From contig OZ249442.1 in NCBI GenBank assembly GCA_965235115.1, positions 18,724,001-18,788,000 of the forward strand: 64,000 bases of DNA, given 5' to 3'. The translations under genes were made by a program, and so were the position numbers. This DNA comes from Laetmonice hystrix. Its lineage: Eukaryota. Below the pieces are notes generated by a model. That model worked only from the letters and a program-made list of their open reading frames with translations, was not told where the DNA came from and made no database searches. This document shows positions 51,951 through 64,000 of the stretch, one piece after another (the first letter of the stretch is position 1; every line of letters begins with the position of its first letter).

Positions 51951-52095
51951 ATACACATGTCTGAAAGCTCCTTTCCAACCAATCATGGTTGCAGTGAGGA
52001 AAATGTCGAAAGATACACATGTCTGAAAGCTCGTGCGCAGCCAATCATACTTACAGTGAGCACAAGGTCAGAAGATACACATGTCTGTAAGCTGG
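51951..52095. repeat. Degenerate ~62-bp tandem repeat, ~2.3 copies
   Basis: atacacatgtctg(a/t)aagct at 51951, 52013 and 52075. The two full units each contain ccaatcat and cagtgag. Confidence 0.8.
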
Positions 52096-52213
52096 GTTAT
52101 TCCCCAATGATAACATTGGTAACATGATAACATGAAGAAATTTGGGATAAGGGTTCGGGCAGGGGTGGGCTAGGGATCGATCTTTAGTTAACACCAGACC
52201 TGACTAAAATCTA

Positions 52214-54121
52214 GTCCCCAGCCAGTCTGTGGAAGACCTCGTCCCCAGCCAGTCTGTGGAAGACCTCGTCCCCAGCCAGTCTGTGGAAGAACTGTGGAAG
52301 ACCTCGTCCCCAGCCAGTCGGTGGAAGACCTCGTCCCCAGCCAGTCTGTGGAAGACCTGTGGAAGACTTCGTCCCCAGCCAGTCTGTGGAAGACCTCGTC
52401 CCCAGCCAGTCTGTGGAATTAGGAACTGTGGAAGACCTCGTCCCCAGCCAGTCTGTGGAAGACCTCGTCCTCAGCCAGTCTGTGAAATTAGGAACTGTGG
52501 AAGACCTCGTCCCCAGCCAGTCTGTGGAAGACCTCGTCCCCAGCCAGTCTGTGGAAGAACTGTGGAAGACCTCGTCCTCAGCGAGTCTGTGGAAGAACTG
52601 TGGAAGACCTCGTCCCCAGCCAGTCGGTGGAAGATCTCGTCCCCGTCGTCCCCAGCCAGTCTGTGGAAGACCTCGTCCCCTACCAGTCTGTGGAAGACCT
52701 CGTCCCCAGCCAGTCTGTGGAAGACCTCGTCCCCAGCCAGTCTGTGGAAGAACTGTGGAAGACCTCGTCCCCAACCAGTCTGTTGAAGGCCTCGTCCCCA
52801 GCCAGTCTGTGGAAGACCTCGTCCCCAGCCAGTCTGTGGAAGAACTGTGGAAGACCTCGTCCTCAGCGAGTCTGTGGAAGAACTGTGGAAGACCTCGTCC
52901 CCAACCAGTCTGTGGAAGACCTCGTCCCCAGCCAGTCTGTGGAAGAACTTTGGAAGACCTCGTCCTCAGCCAGTCTGTGGAATTAAGAACTGTGGAAAAC
53001 CTCGTCCCCAGCCAGTCTGTGGAAGAACTGTGGAAGACCTCGTCCTCAGCGAGTCTGTGGAAGAACTGTGGAAGACCTCGTCTCCAGCCAGTCGGTGGAA
53101 GATCTCGTCCCCGTCGTCCCCAGCCAGTCTGTGGAAGACCTCGTCCCCTACCAGTCTGTGGAAGACCTCGTCCCCAGCCAGTCTGTGGAAGAACTGTGGA
53201 AGACCTCGTCCCCAGCCAGTCGGTGGAAGACCTCGTCCCCAGCCAGTCTGTGGAAGAACTGTGGAAGACCTCGTCCTCAGCGAGTCTGTGGAAGACCTCG
53301 TCCCCAGCCAGTCGGTGGAAGACCTCGTCCCCAGCCAGTCTGTGGAAGAACTGTGGAAGACCTCGTCCTCAGCGAGTCTGTGGAAGAACTGTGGAAGACC
53401 TCGTCTCCAGCCAGTCTGTGGAAGAACTGTGGAAGACCTCGTCCCCAGCTAGTCGGTGCAAGACCTCGTCCCCAGCCAGTCTGTGGAAGAACTGTGGAAG
53501 ACCTCGTCCCCAGCCAGTCTGTGGAAGACCTCGTCCCCAGCCAGTCTGTTGAAGACCTCGTCCCCAGCCAGTCTGTGGAAAACCTCGTCCCCAGCCAGTC
53601 TGTGGAAGAACTGTGGAAGACCTCGTCCTCAGCGAGTCTGTGGAAGAACTGTGGAAGACCTCGTCCCCAGCCAGTCTGTGGAAGACCTCGTCCCCAGCCA
53701 GTCTGTGGAAGACCTCGTCCCCAGCCAGTCTGTTGAAGACCTCGTCCCCAGCCAGTCTGTGGAAGACCTCGTCCCCAGCCAGTCTGTGGAAGAACTGTGG
53801 AAGACCTCGTCCTCAGCGAGTCTGTGGAAGAACTGTGGAAGACCTCGTCCCCAGCCAGTCGGTGGAAGACCTCGTCCCCAGCCAGTCTGTGGAAGAACTG
53901 TGGAAGACCTCGTCCTCAGAGAGTCTGTGGAAGAACTGTGGAAGACCTCGTATCCAGCCAGTCTGTGGAAGACCTCGTATCCAGCCAGTCTGTGGAAGAC
54001 CTCGTCCCCAGCCAGTCTGTGGAAGACCTCGCCCCCAGCCAGTCAGTGGAAGAACTGTGGAAGACCTCGTATCCAGCCAGTCTGTGGAAGACCTCGTATC
54101 CAGCCAGTCAGTGGAAGATCT
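52214..54121. repeat. ~1.9-kb satellite of 27-bp GAAGACCTCGTCCCCAGCCAGTCTGTG interspersed with 11-bp GAAGAACTGTG units
   Basis: Both units read directly throughout, with occasional 15-bp gaattaggaactgtg units. The consensus has no stop triplet in any plus frame, which produces the overlapping ORFs in the track. Confidence 0.97.
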
Positions 54122-55262
54122 CTGCTGCTGTGAAGAAATTCTTCCGTGTCCGCTTCATAAGGCCATGATGGCAGTGAGTAGACAGGAACCCTGCCAATTG
54201 AACAAAAGGAGAGGAGTCGTGGATCGTTTTGTGTTGGGAGTGTTGAGATGGTAGGGTGTATCATTAAGCGTGGACCACCCACGTGGCTAGCCGAGCTGTT
54301 GACCCTTCTGACCACGGCCAGCGCCCTGCTCCCCAAGGTCGGCCACCTCTCCATATCTGGCTCATCCCACCTTGCCGAGCTTGCATGTCTCCCGCCCCAT
54401 CTTAACCAGTCAGGGAGCCATTCTACTTTGGTCGGCCCAACAATGGGTCGCCATTTGCATGCTTATGTCGGTCAATTAGTAAGAGGGGCCAGGGCTTGGT
54501 GACCAAGATGGCAGAGTTGTTCTGAACCCAGATGCCCCCCGTATCGTCTTCTACTGGCTTCATCCGAAGCCTTTGTACCCGTGGAGAAATTATCAGCCTC
54601 CAGTCAGCTGGCCAGAGAGGCGTGTCATCTAGTAACATCTTCACACCTCCCGTGCTAATGAGGGCTAGCCAACAACACTCTCTTGGCCTAGAGTCTTTAC
54701 TCTACGGGCCTATCAGATGGCTCAGGGCAAGCGTGCACGACTAGTCTGCAGGGTCGGCAGCCATAGCAGGGAGACGGTAACTTGGTAACAGACGGTAATA
54801 GTTTCTGCAGTATAAGTAATTTCAATTCAAATGTGCTATTCGAAGTACATCTGCCTTGGAACTATAAATCATTGCAGCTCCTATCTATATATTTTCAATA
54901 AAACGTATGATTTCGATGCCGCTAGTCAGTGACGTGGACAGAGGCCTACATATTGCCGAACAGGACATCAATTCATTTTAACCAGTAGGATTGTGTTACT
55001 CCACGTTGGTGCCTTGTTTAGAAGGCAGAAAGCAGTAGTGTTGTGTGTATAGGAAGGGTACCTACAGTATGAATGTTTATTTAGTCATCATGTGCACCCT
55101 GTTGGATGCTGAAAGATGATCATTTCAGAGGACATTTTGCACCATCCCATGTGGTCAGCCTGAGCTATTCTGACAGCTCTGACCTGACTGGCTATCCATA
55201 ATTAACACAAGTGTCTTGTTTCTGAAGGATGGAGCGCAGCTCTCACTGCCCGGCAGTGGGCC

Positions 55263-55345
55263 TCAGTCCAGTCGGGTCCTGCTGCCGCCCCCGCCCTCCT
55301 CCTTCTTCTTCTCCTCCTCCCCTCCTCCACCACCTCCTCCTCCCA
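55263..55345. repeat. Pyrimidine-rich (CCT/CTT)n low-complexity tract
   Basis: ccgcccccgccctcctccttcttcttctcctcctcccctcctccaccacctcctcctccc. Confidence 0.85.
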
Positions 55346-58300
55346 GCCACTGCTTGCAGTGCAGGGCCAGCTGCACCATCGACCTCCTCTTTATTGTCAG
55401 GTCAGATTAGCTCATCCACAGCCATGTACATTCCTTGGGAGACTCTCTTGTTTTCCTTGCATCATTCATTCATCCAATTAAGAAGATAAGGACCCCCTGA
55501 GTGGCTGCCAGTGGATCAGTTGAGCAGCTCCTGGGGTCCCGGCCCTCGCGGCTCCCCCCGATAGTGCATGCCACCCTAGTCCCAAGTCTCAACCCCAGCC
55601 AGCATCCATACAGAGCAGTTTTCTCCTGATTGCCTGGTCACTTGTCCATTTTGCCTACAGACCTCTCAGAAGACTGGCTCATTCATTTACATCATTTATT
55701 CTTCCAATTAAGCACCATGGGACCAGGGTTGCTGTATTGGGAGGTCCTTGGCCCCTGGTCCCCAGCGGCCACCCGGCCTCCAGCCTGGCGAGCCCGGTCC
55801 CCGAGCCACGGCAGGACCATTGCATGCCGGGTCAGCCAGACTGACATGGCAGGCATAAATCAGACCCCTAATGTATAAGTTGTCTGTTTTCTTCAGAGAC
55901 CTCTTGGCTGAAGTTTTGTCTGATGATGGATGTCGAGCCGTGGCTCTTATCAGGCCGTACCACTCAGATAATTCGGGTCCAGCCACTGGCCTATCTTTGC
56001 ATATTTGATCGTGCACAACTTCTATAACATAATTACTCGATGCAAGCAGGCCTGCAACCTCTGGGCCTCTGTGTCATTTGTACGAATTGAGTGGCCTGTT
56101 TTATTTTCAAAATCGGTATTAATGCAAGGGCCACAGAAATATGCGAGGGAGTAGAGAGGGGTGGCCTGACGTCAGGGCAGGCCTCCGCCGGTCGCTCTTG
56201 TCCCCTCCCCTCCTGGCCTGATACACGCACCCAGCAGTTTGATGCTACATTGATCAAGCACGTTTCTTCAGACTCAAACACCAGAAATTAATTAAAGCCC
56301 ATACTGACGATTCTTGTGGTTGCGGCCTGGGTAGTCCTCGGAGGATTTCAGGCCACAGACGTCACCGTTTACACAGAGGGCAATACACAGGACTGTGCCT
56401 ATCAGATATTTACCAGAAATCCGTTTCTTTCTAATCATTCTTTCTGCCTGACGAGCCCCTATCTAATTAGATGGCCAGCCCTGTTGGGGCGGGGGTGGAG
56501 TGAGGGTTGTGGGGGTGGGAGATGACGGGGGAGAGGTGCGCTCTCGCCCCGCTGACGTTAAGGCTGAAATGCCAACGTCTTGTGATTTACATTCCATCTC
56601 ATGGTCCCTGCTTCGATGCACAGCTGATAATCGGGTTATGTCAAATGTATAGAAAATGGTATTTGTCAAGGGGCCCACAGATGCGCAGGTTCATATGCAA
56701 ATGCTGACCCTATAAAATAACGAGATCTGCCAGAGACTTGCGTTGATTTCCCATCCTTCAAAAAACGGAGACTCAAGTCTATCAAGATTCCACACCAAAT
56801 TGCAAGGATACAAAGAGTAGGCCGTCTCCAAAGTTGGCGGACCATAAAGATGTGACGGGCACTCGGTGATTTAAGCCCCGTTTAACCTTGTTGCGCATGT
56901 ATATTGGAGGCGGATCCCTGTGTATCTCTTGTTATTGATCAATGTATTGATCTCTGCTGGCCAGAAGATAATGGACCAGATCTTGGAGGCCCTTCAGCAC
57001 TAATTTCTGCGATCAGGGTCTGTCGCCTCTGTAATAAGCCTGTATGCATAATGTTGGCAGGGTGGGCAGCTACCAGGACCGGGGAGGAGGAGACCCGGCC
57101 TCATTGACCCAACATCTCCCTGCCTCACGTAAGGTCAGCCTCTTCCAAACGTGCAAGCGAAAAGGGTTTGATTTTTGCTGCTGAATATACAGACAGAGTC
57201 GCTTCAGCCACTGCTGTTTGGTGAGATAAAAACCGTATCTGTTAAGAAATATAGACAGGCTGGCCGGTGTCAGTCTTGTATTCAAAAAGTTTGATGTAAA
57301 AGAAAGATAAATATCCTCGTAGCTGAGGTCAGATTAAAAATCAAGGACCTGCAGGAGGTAGGTCGGTTTGTGTTAATGAATCCATCATTGTCAGTCTTCA
57401 GTTTTGATAGAACAGGATCATGCTGAATGGGGCCATGGGTCAGGACTACAACCAAAGTTGTGCACTCAGACGTTTGCCAGCAATGGCCTGGGTGAACACT
57501 GAAACAAATGAAGCGATATTGGAGCAGCAGGTCAGATGGCATCGGCCAGCCACCGCAAATGTCAAAAGAGCTCCACTCTTCCTGGCAAACGGACACGGCT
57601 GTCCGGACCGGGAGGCGCGCACCCCCTGCACCAAGTATTAGCATCTTCACCAGACCGACACCCCCATGTCACTTTTATTAATTTTAGGAGAGATTACTTT
57701 GGCAATTTGGGGGGAATTCTTTCATGTGGCTGACCAGACCCCTATAGTGGAAGCTGCTATGCCTTCTTAGATGTGCAATGGTCAGAGACGTAGCACGTAT
57801 TAACATCTTCGACCAACTGTCACACCCGACTAAGCACACAGTAATGGGAAATTAGATCTGGTCCACTTGCTTGAGACGTGGGCTTACCGAATGTCATAAG
57901 GCCCATTTGTAATATGCATGGCCTTTTGGCCTCTTCTTATGGCCGCCAGTTATAGATGCTCTCTGATGCAGATAGCACTGTTTCCCAGTAGGCACGTGGA
58001 GAAAAGTTGGCTAATCCGTGGATCGAGGCAAAGTATAGTGAAAGGCATTTAGGATGCTAGTAAGAACTCCAATATTGCATCGCCTCAAACTGATCGCCCC
58101 TTTTTATTGTTGTGCGACACTTCCCTCTGGAGATTTACAGGCCAGGTATTTGTTATGTACTGGAGGGTAATATCTAGAGACGCTTGATGCCTGTAAGGTA
58201 ATTATTTTGGTTTTCTCTTCCCAAAGTTAAAAGGTCTTTTCGTAACACCCGCAGTAACTAAGCAGAAACAGTAGGAAGAGGTTGCAGATCTCTAGAATAC

Positions 58301-58679
58301 TTGCAGCTTCCCGTTTCTGATAAACGTAAAGAAGTTAATATCTTCTTTCAGTATTGTTTCCTTTTATGGGAGTCTTTTGTGGGTAGCTTTGTGAGAAGAC
58401 GCAATGAGACAGCCACCAATTATCAGTGACCAGCCTTGTCCCCCCGCTGCCCCCATAAACCTTCCCCTTGCCCCAACTGCTATCGATTTTTCTGTATGAC
58501 CTAGCACTTGTTTATGCTTATATGCTTTCACAGACACAGTGTCATATCGTTGTGGTATATTGCTGTGGCATCTAGGGATAGTTGAAGACTTTAGGCCATT
58601 ATCTTTGAGAACGAGTGCCATCAGACATAACTATCCGACAAATGTATGCTAACGGAAACCTTTGGAAGGCAATCGAACC

Positions 58680-59060
58680 GTTAACTCATTGAAACTTGTT
58701 TCTGAATGACTGTTCATGGCATTTGTGGCCACAATGGCTTGGGACTTCATTACGAGATTTCAGTAAACAACCCTGAGATATTTTGATGACTCTTTAGTTT
58801 GTCTCTTCTAGTCAGAGTTTGAAAATGTCTTGTATGTTCTAAAGTGTTCACCAATATCTAGCTCGTTACATAATTGTGTTATTCTATATTTGAGAAGGGG
58901 ATAAAACGAAGTGAAAGGTGTTTTCACAAAGCAGAGGAAACAAGCTGAAATCTGTTCAGATATATACCGGTAGGTGCAGTCGGAGTATTTCAGAAATAAA
59001 ATAGGGTGAGAATTTAAGAAAACCATCGCCCTGTTGAACCATAAACACAGAGCCACACTT
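58680..59060 (+). mobile_element. Possible decayed Penelope-like reverse-transcriptase remnant
   Basis: One frame with several stops gives LFM...TTLRYFDDSLV (LRYFDD at 58773-58790), SEFENVLYVL, DIYR* (58959) and LLNHKHRA. Order and spacing resemble Penelope ANLFM / RYVDD / VYRK / HRA. By-eye match. Confidence 0.4.
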
Positions 59061-62000
59061 ACAAAGCCAGCCACCAACAAAAGCGGTGGGCAGCTGGGTG
59101 AAAGAAATGTCGCCGGGGGTTTTGAGATAGAGGCCGGGGTTTCATGTAACTATAGCCAGGCACAGTGGCAATGAGACGTCATTTACCAGGTTGGTACATG
59201 TAGCCAAGGCCTATATCAAATGGTTATTGCCATGGCGTAGCCTATGTCCCATGAAGTGAAGTATGAATCATGAGTTGAGCCATGCAGCTTTATCCTCCCA
59301 TCCTCACACTGCCAGCGCCCACCTTCGTTCCGACCAATGTGCTAATATAAAATGTATCTACATGCATCTAAATGACACTGACCTCTCGTAGGAGGGGGTC
59401 GGAAGGCACAGTGCTTGTAAGTTGTAAGCTGTTCTGTCGGGGCCAAAATAAGCAAAATGGTGCGACCTAAGCCCTAGTGAGCGATGAGGGCGCAGTGGAG
59501 GGGCCTACATGCAAAGGTTAGAGATGAGGCTGATGAAAAGGGGAGGGGGGTAGCCATGGCTAGTGCTGTATTATCACTATCATCCATATGTATAAGGCCG
59601 GCGGGCAGTGTATGCACATAATGTCTGGAGATGGCATGGCACGGGGAAGGCCTTGTGGGGGTAGGGTCGGTGGCCGGGGGCTACCTTCCCTGGTTGGTTG
59701 ACGTCTGATGGGGTCCTCAGGACACGACGAGGCCACGGGTTGGCCACACTATAGGCCGCATGGGGCAGCCCTACCAACACAGCACACTGTAAATATTTAC
59801 ATTATTTAAGCCGTGATGAAACACTTAGGTCATGGCAATAAACCGGACTGAATATGTTGAACACCGACAGGGCATCATCATTCTCAGCTAACCAAGCTAT
59901 AGTAATAAACAGTTGAAACCAAGCGGAGTTGCCGGTTCTTCTTTGACATGAGGAATAACTCTACGGGCGGTCATTCCGGGAAATAAGCAAACGGAAAGAT
60001 ATCTATGGCATCAGCTACGTGTAATGTGACAGCAAATCCTGGTGGGTAACTCTTTGATGTCGTATAGGCCAATGAAGTGTTCAGATCGTATATTATATTG
60101 GGTATAATCAACTTGTATGGACCTGACATGAACCAGGCATCATTAGATAAATATATACCAGCAGGTTAGCTTGAGCTTCTTCTATAGTTCATTAGTATGG
60201 TTGTGTGCTTGCCTCCAATCTATGAGGCCATTTGTCTATGGCCTGTACTTTGGGGTTTGAAGGAAGTTGATACTTTCCTTACCAGTAGGTAAAAGCTAGC
60301 AATGTCTTCATAGCCTGTACGAAAGGGTTGTAATGTAAGTTGGTGCTTGCATTCCTTCCCTATCAGGTGTGATCTGGCAATGTGTCTGTGTCCTGTACCT
60401 GGGGCGCTGATAACAATTAACGCTTGGATTCTTTAGCCATCATAGAGGTTGAGACCGGTAGTGTTTCAGTGTTTGAATGTACCCCCACATCCCCAGAGCG
60501 AATGGCCCAGCCTACAGTAAACTAAACTTCCATTAACGACCTGCACCAAAGCATCTATTCAACACTTGCCATCTGGATGAAATTTTCCAAAGAATGAACA
60601 AGGTCAGATGATTAAAGAATTGAAAGTGGAATACAGAACCACACAATAACAATGTGAAAGTGGAAAATCTGCATTGAAAAACTGCCATCTGGAGCACAAA
60701 GATCAGATATATAAAACACGAAATTACATTTAGCAATATGACACTGAAGCTAGATTCCAGTACGAAGTAGATTTGTCAGAAATGATAAAATGATACCACA
60801 TTATGATATTTGTTTCAGGCATGACTGGCCCAGCAGCCCCATAGCAGGGTCGTATACGGGTGGCCTGCAAGTCATGCCTGTGTATTGTTTTATGAATGGT
60901 GCTAGGCAATAAAAAATAACAATGAAGCAGAAGAAGACAAACACAAATAAACAATGAAGCAGAGGATACAAAATAAACAAAAGACTTTCTTTATGTTGGA
61001 ACAGATGTTCAGAGAAACGGTAGAAAAGCGGGCAAAATCTTCAAATTGATATGATAACAAAGAGTAGAGAAACTGGATACCAAACATCTTTGTCAATGTT
61101 GCCTTTGATTAAACATGATAAGAAAGTACCGTAATGTATGTAGTAGATGGGATCCTGGGCCTTGCAATATTGTTATATTTTAATGACATACCGTAGAGGC
61201 AAGTAGCACTTTTCAATTTCCAAATGAAACTTCTGTTACCCTTACGACGAACCCTGTAAAACTCTATACATAACTTTTGTCTTCCGAGTTATCAGTACTT
61301 TATGTAACGAATTAGGTTCTGACTTTTACTATCACATATACCTTGTGAATTATAATGGACTAATGGTGGACCTAAGTATAAGGTGATGATAGCGATACAC
61401 CCATGTATTATTCAGGCGAGGTGGGGGTGGGAGTGGGGATGAGATAGGGTGGGGGTGGGTAGAGACTAGGGGCAGGTAAAGGCGGGGTGTCTAAGGTAGG
61501 CAGGCTGCACTGACAGCGCAGATCCGACATGCAACATGCGAACAGAGCACAACACATGCAAACCTGGCATCAAGGCTCAGACACCAACCCCCCTAGCACA
61601 TGCCATCCATGCAGGTTCGCCACACTCTTATTGTGGCCTGACCATCAATTCAATGCTATTTTAGTCCCTTATTGTTTTGCTTCATTGTTTTTTCCTCCTT
61701 TTTTTAAAGAACAAGATTGCAGTCTTACAATGTTCTATCATATCCTAATGTACTTTTGTTATTATATGATAACGCTAATTATTGTGAGATGGTGTTTATC
61801 GGTCAGCCTGTATCCACCACCCACCAACCCACCCATCCACTTTCCTTAACAATACACTTGTACAATGCCATCTCATGACACAAGCTTTCCAGAACTTACA
61901 TTGTATATCAAACTTAATCAAGTGGACTTAAGTGGAAACATATAACAGTACTATACCTGTAAAGGTTAAAGATACATGACGGTTCACTCGTATGCTGATA

Positions 62001-63279
62001 GTGATCCCCCTGACATAACAACAGTCACAACCACATTATGGATACTTATTTCATAGAGGACAATCACCCTTTCCTTTAATCAGGATACTTACACCATATG
62101 ATCTGAATTAGGACATTCACCTTGAACCGTCTTGATCTGTAATGTCCAGAAGACTCGGTATTATTTACATGTTGCCTGGATACCGGGATTTTCAACAACC
62201 ATTACCATTAATAACATTGGTTAACCTAGTCAGGGTTACCGTGAAAAGCTTAGATGAATATACTGTCATCGTCATGTCATGGTCTCTGTAAGGCCAACCT
62301 GCTACATATCATCTGAGGAATTACTTAACTACTAACAGAGTGGTTGATGAAGATGTTCAGTAAACCGAACAAACATTTGATAATAGTTAATTACCTCAAT
62401 GGTTTAAATTGTTGCAGTCATGCAGTTGGCAGAGATACTAGCGTTTAGAAACACAGCCACATTTTACAGAGATCTGTAATGGAGATTGCCCGCCAACATC
62501 TCGAGTTGTCGCAGTGTGGCCAGTAGGTGTCACTGCAGTATGCCCGTCCCACCTGCTGTGAAGGACAAAGAATCTTATGGCTGGCTGGCTGATCTCCACT
62601 GGCCGTGGGAGGAGGGTATTTCTCACTGTCCGGTTCCTACCTACCACTCGGGTACTGTGTAATGGACAGACGACTGATTCTTGTCATTTCCTATACACAA
62701 AGCTGCAGCCGTCAGATCACTAATTACAGAACAATGGATCATTTAGCCAGTGAGAAAAAGAAGGAAATCCTTGACCCAAACTACTTCCATGACTGAATAT
62801 ATTTGAAAGGATTGAATCATATGGAAAAGCCACCTTTTCTGACCCTAGTGGTGTACATGAATATGGTTGACTGTTAACTGTTGGTATCACAGTTCTTTCA
62901 GGTGGAGGACAACCTTGACTGAAGGTTCTCAGTATGGTGATAAGAGTCGTAGGTACTACGGCCGATGTTGTATCTATATGTTTCAGAATTCTGGTGGATT
63001 TAAGGTGGCTTAACATTGATACATCTGGGGTTGAAGCTAAGTGTTGAAGGCGCACATTCTAAATATAATGTAGATTTCTTAATTCACCAGGTAAAAGCTC
63101 TGATTAAGACTGCATTTAAAGTTCCATTTCCCATGTGTTTGTAAAATTGGTTCACTGTGGGAATATACGTTAGATGGGATTAAGAGTAGGAAGGTGTCTA
63201 GGGAAGGTGAGGGACACTGACAGATAGACTGTACTGTTGGCCGGGTGGCAAGGGACTGAGATCGGAACGCTTCCACCAT

Positions 63280-63540
63280 GCTGCATGGAATAGCTACGGA
63301 AGTTAACTTCTTGAGTTCCGTCAGCCCATTTGCCAAGCTTGTAGACAAAAGTCTCCAGCTGTCGACCACATTGGAAATCGCTGAATCCCCGAGGACTGCC
63401 CTTTTCTACACGGTATGTTGCAAGAAATTGGTTCAGGAAATGTATCATCTTTCAATTCATGGGCAAATGAAGGAGCACCACAGTTCTGGCAGCCCTTAAA
63501 TTCTGACATAATAAATGGGCCGTTATCGATGACGAAAATG
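63280..63540 (-). mobile_element. Possible decayed Gypsy-type integrase remnant
   Basis: IDNGPFIMSEFK followed in another frame by NQFLATYR...SP...GRQLETF, resembling SDNGPQF.S.EF and FLLxYR...SP...GRxLRT. The HPxSNGxxER segment is missing, implying a deletion. Confidence 0.35.
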
Positions 63541-63625
63541 CAGAAAAACTTCTGAATAATCATGACTACCGGTAAGGTGGATGAAACTACTGATCAGGTG
63601 AACGTCCTCTCAGTAACCGGTTCAG

Positions 63626-63638
63626 GCACTAGGTGGCG
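63626..63638 (+). promoter_or_regulatory. CTCF-core-like motif GCACTAGGTGGCG
   Basis: One mismatch to CCASYAGRKGGCR. Motif match only. Confidence 0.3.
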
Positions 63639-64000
63639 TTGTTACTTGTTTTGTGCTTGCACGCACAGAGATACGACGTTACAGACCTTGTTCTTTTCTT
63701 TTTAATGTTGGACTGATTAAAAAAATACAAAATACTTAGTGTCTCATTTATTAGTTGACTTTACAAAGAGGTGCAAGTTAAAAACAGGACGACCTCAATA
63801 TCGTGACGTGGGCACTTTTAAAAGAATGGGGACAAATGAGACGATTAACCTAATATTGTGGCCATAATATACAGGCTATTGTAACTGTTTGTAATTATCT
63901 CTCTCTCTTTACTTTTTGTGATGTCTTCGAGGAGATAAGATTTCCGAAAGGTGGATAGAATATGAAGGTTATCATCGATGGGATATGAAGATCCCGTTTA

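Noticed and set aside
52211-54354. Long overlapping ORFs (up to 397 aa) as a repetitive protein gene
   Set aside because: All three plus frames are open because the monomers lack stop triplets. No start context, splice structure or unique domain.

Overview
Eukaryotic (metazoan, probably invertebrate) genomic DNA of roughly 40-45% GC by eye; the species cannot be determined from the sequence. I find no protein-coding gene I can identify, no rRNA, tRNA or snRNA gene, no CRISPR array and no prokaryotic operon. The long ORFs in the supplied track are artefacts of stop-free tandem repeats or G/C runs. Well supported: (i) a complete ~327-bp non-autonomous Helitron (6799-7125, minus strand) inserted in a (TTTA)n tract; (ii) a TTAA-flanked Kolobok-type MITE with ~100-bp TIRs (32697-33018); (iii) tandem arrays, namely a nested minisatellite at 13.6-14.2 kb bracketed by 26-bp direct repeats and three large satellites (68 bp, 44 bp, 27/11 bp) within 47-54 kb; (iv) a dispersed solo copy of the 68-bp monomer plus its flank at 33.8 kb, suggesting the array grew inside an interspersed repeat. 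Weakly supported: decayed Penelope-, LINE- and Gypsy-like remnants, one possible orphan exon pair, and candidate cis-regulatory blocks (CTCF-core motifs, a Smad/CRE module, nuclear-receptor half-site pairs, GGCCT clusters). The window reads as gene-poor intergenic or intronic DNA. The sequence does not support a claim of a new biological system.
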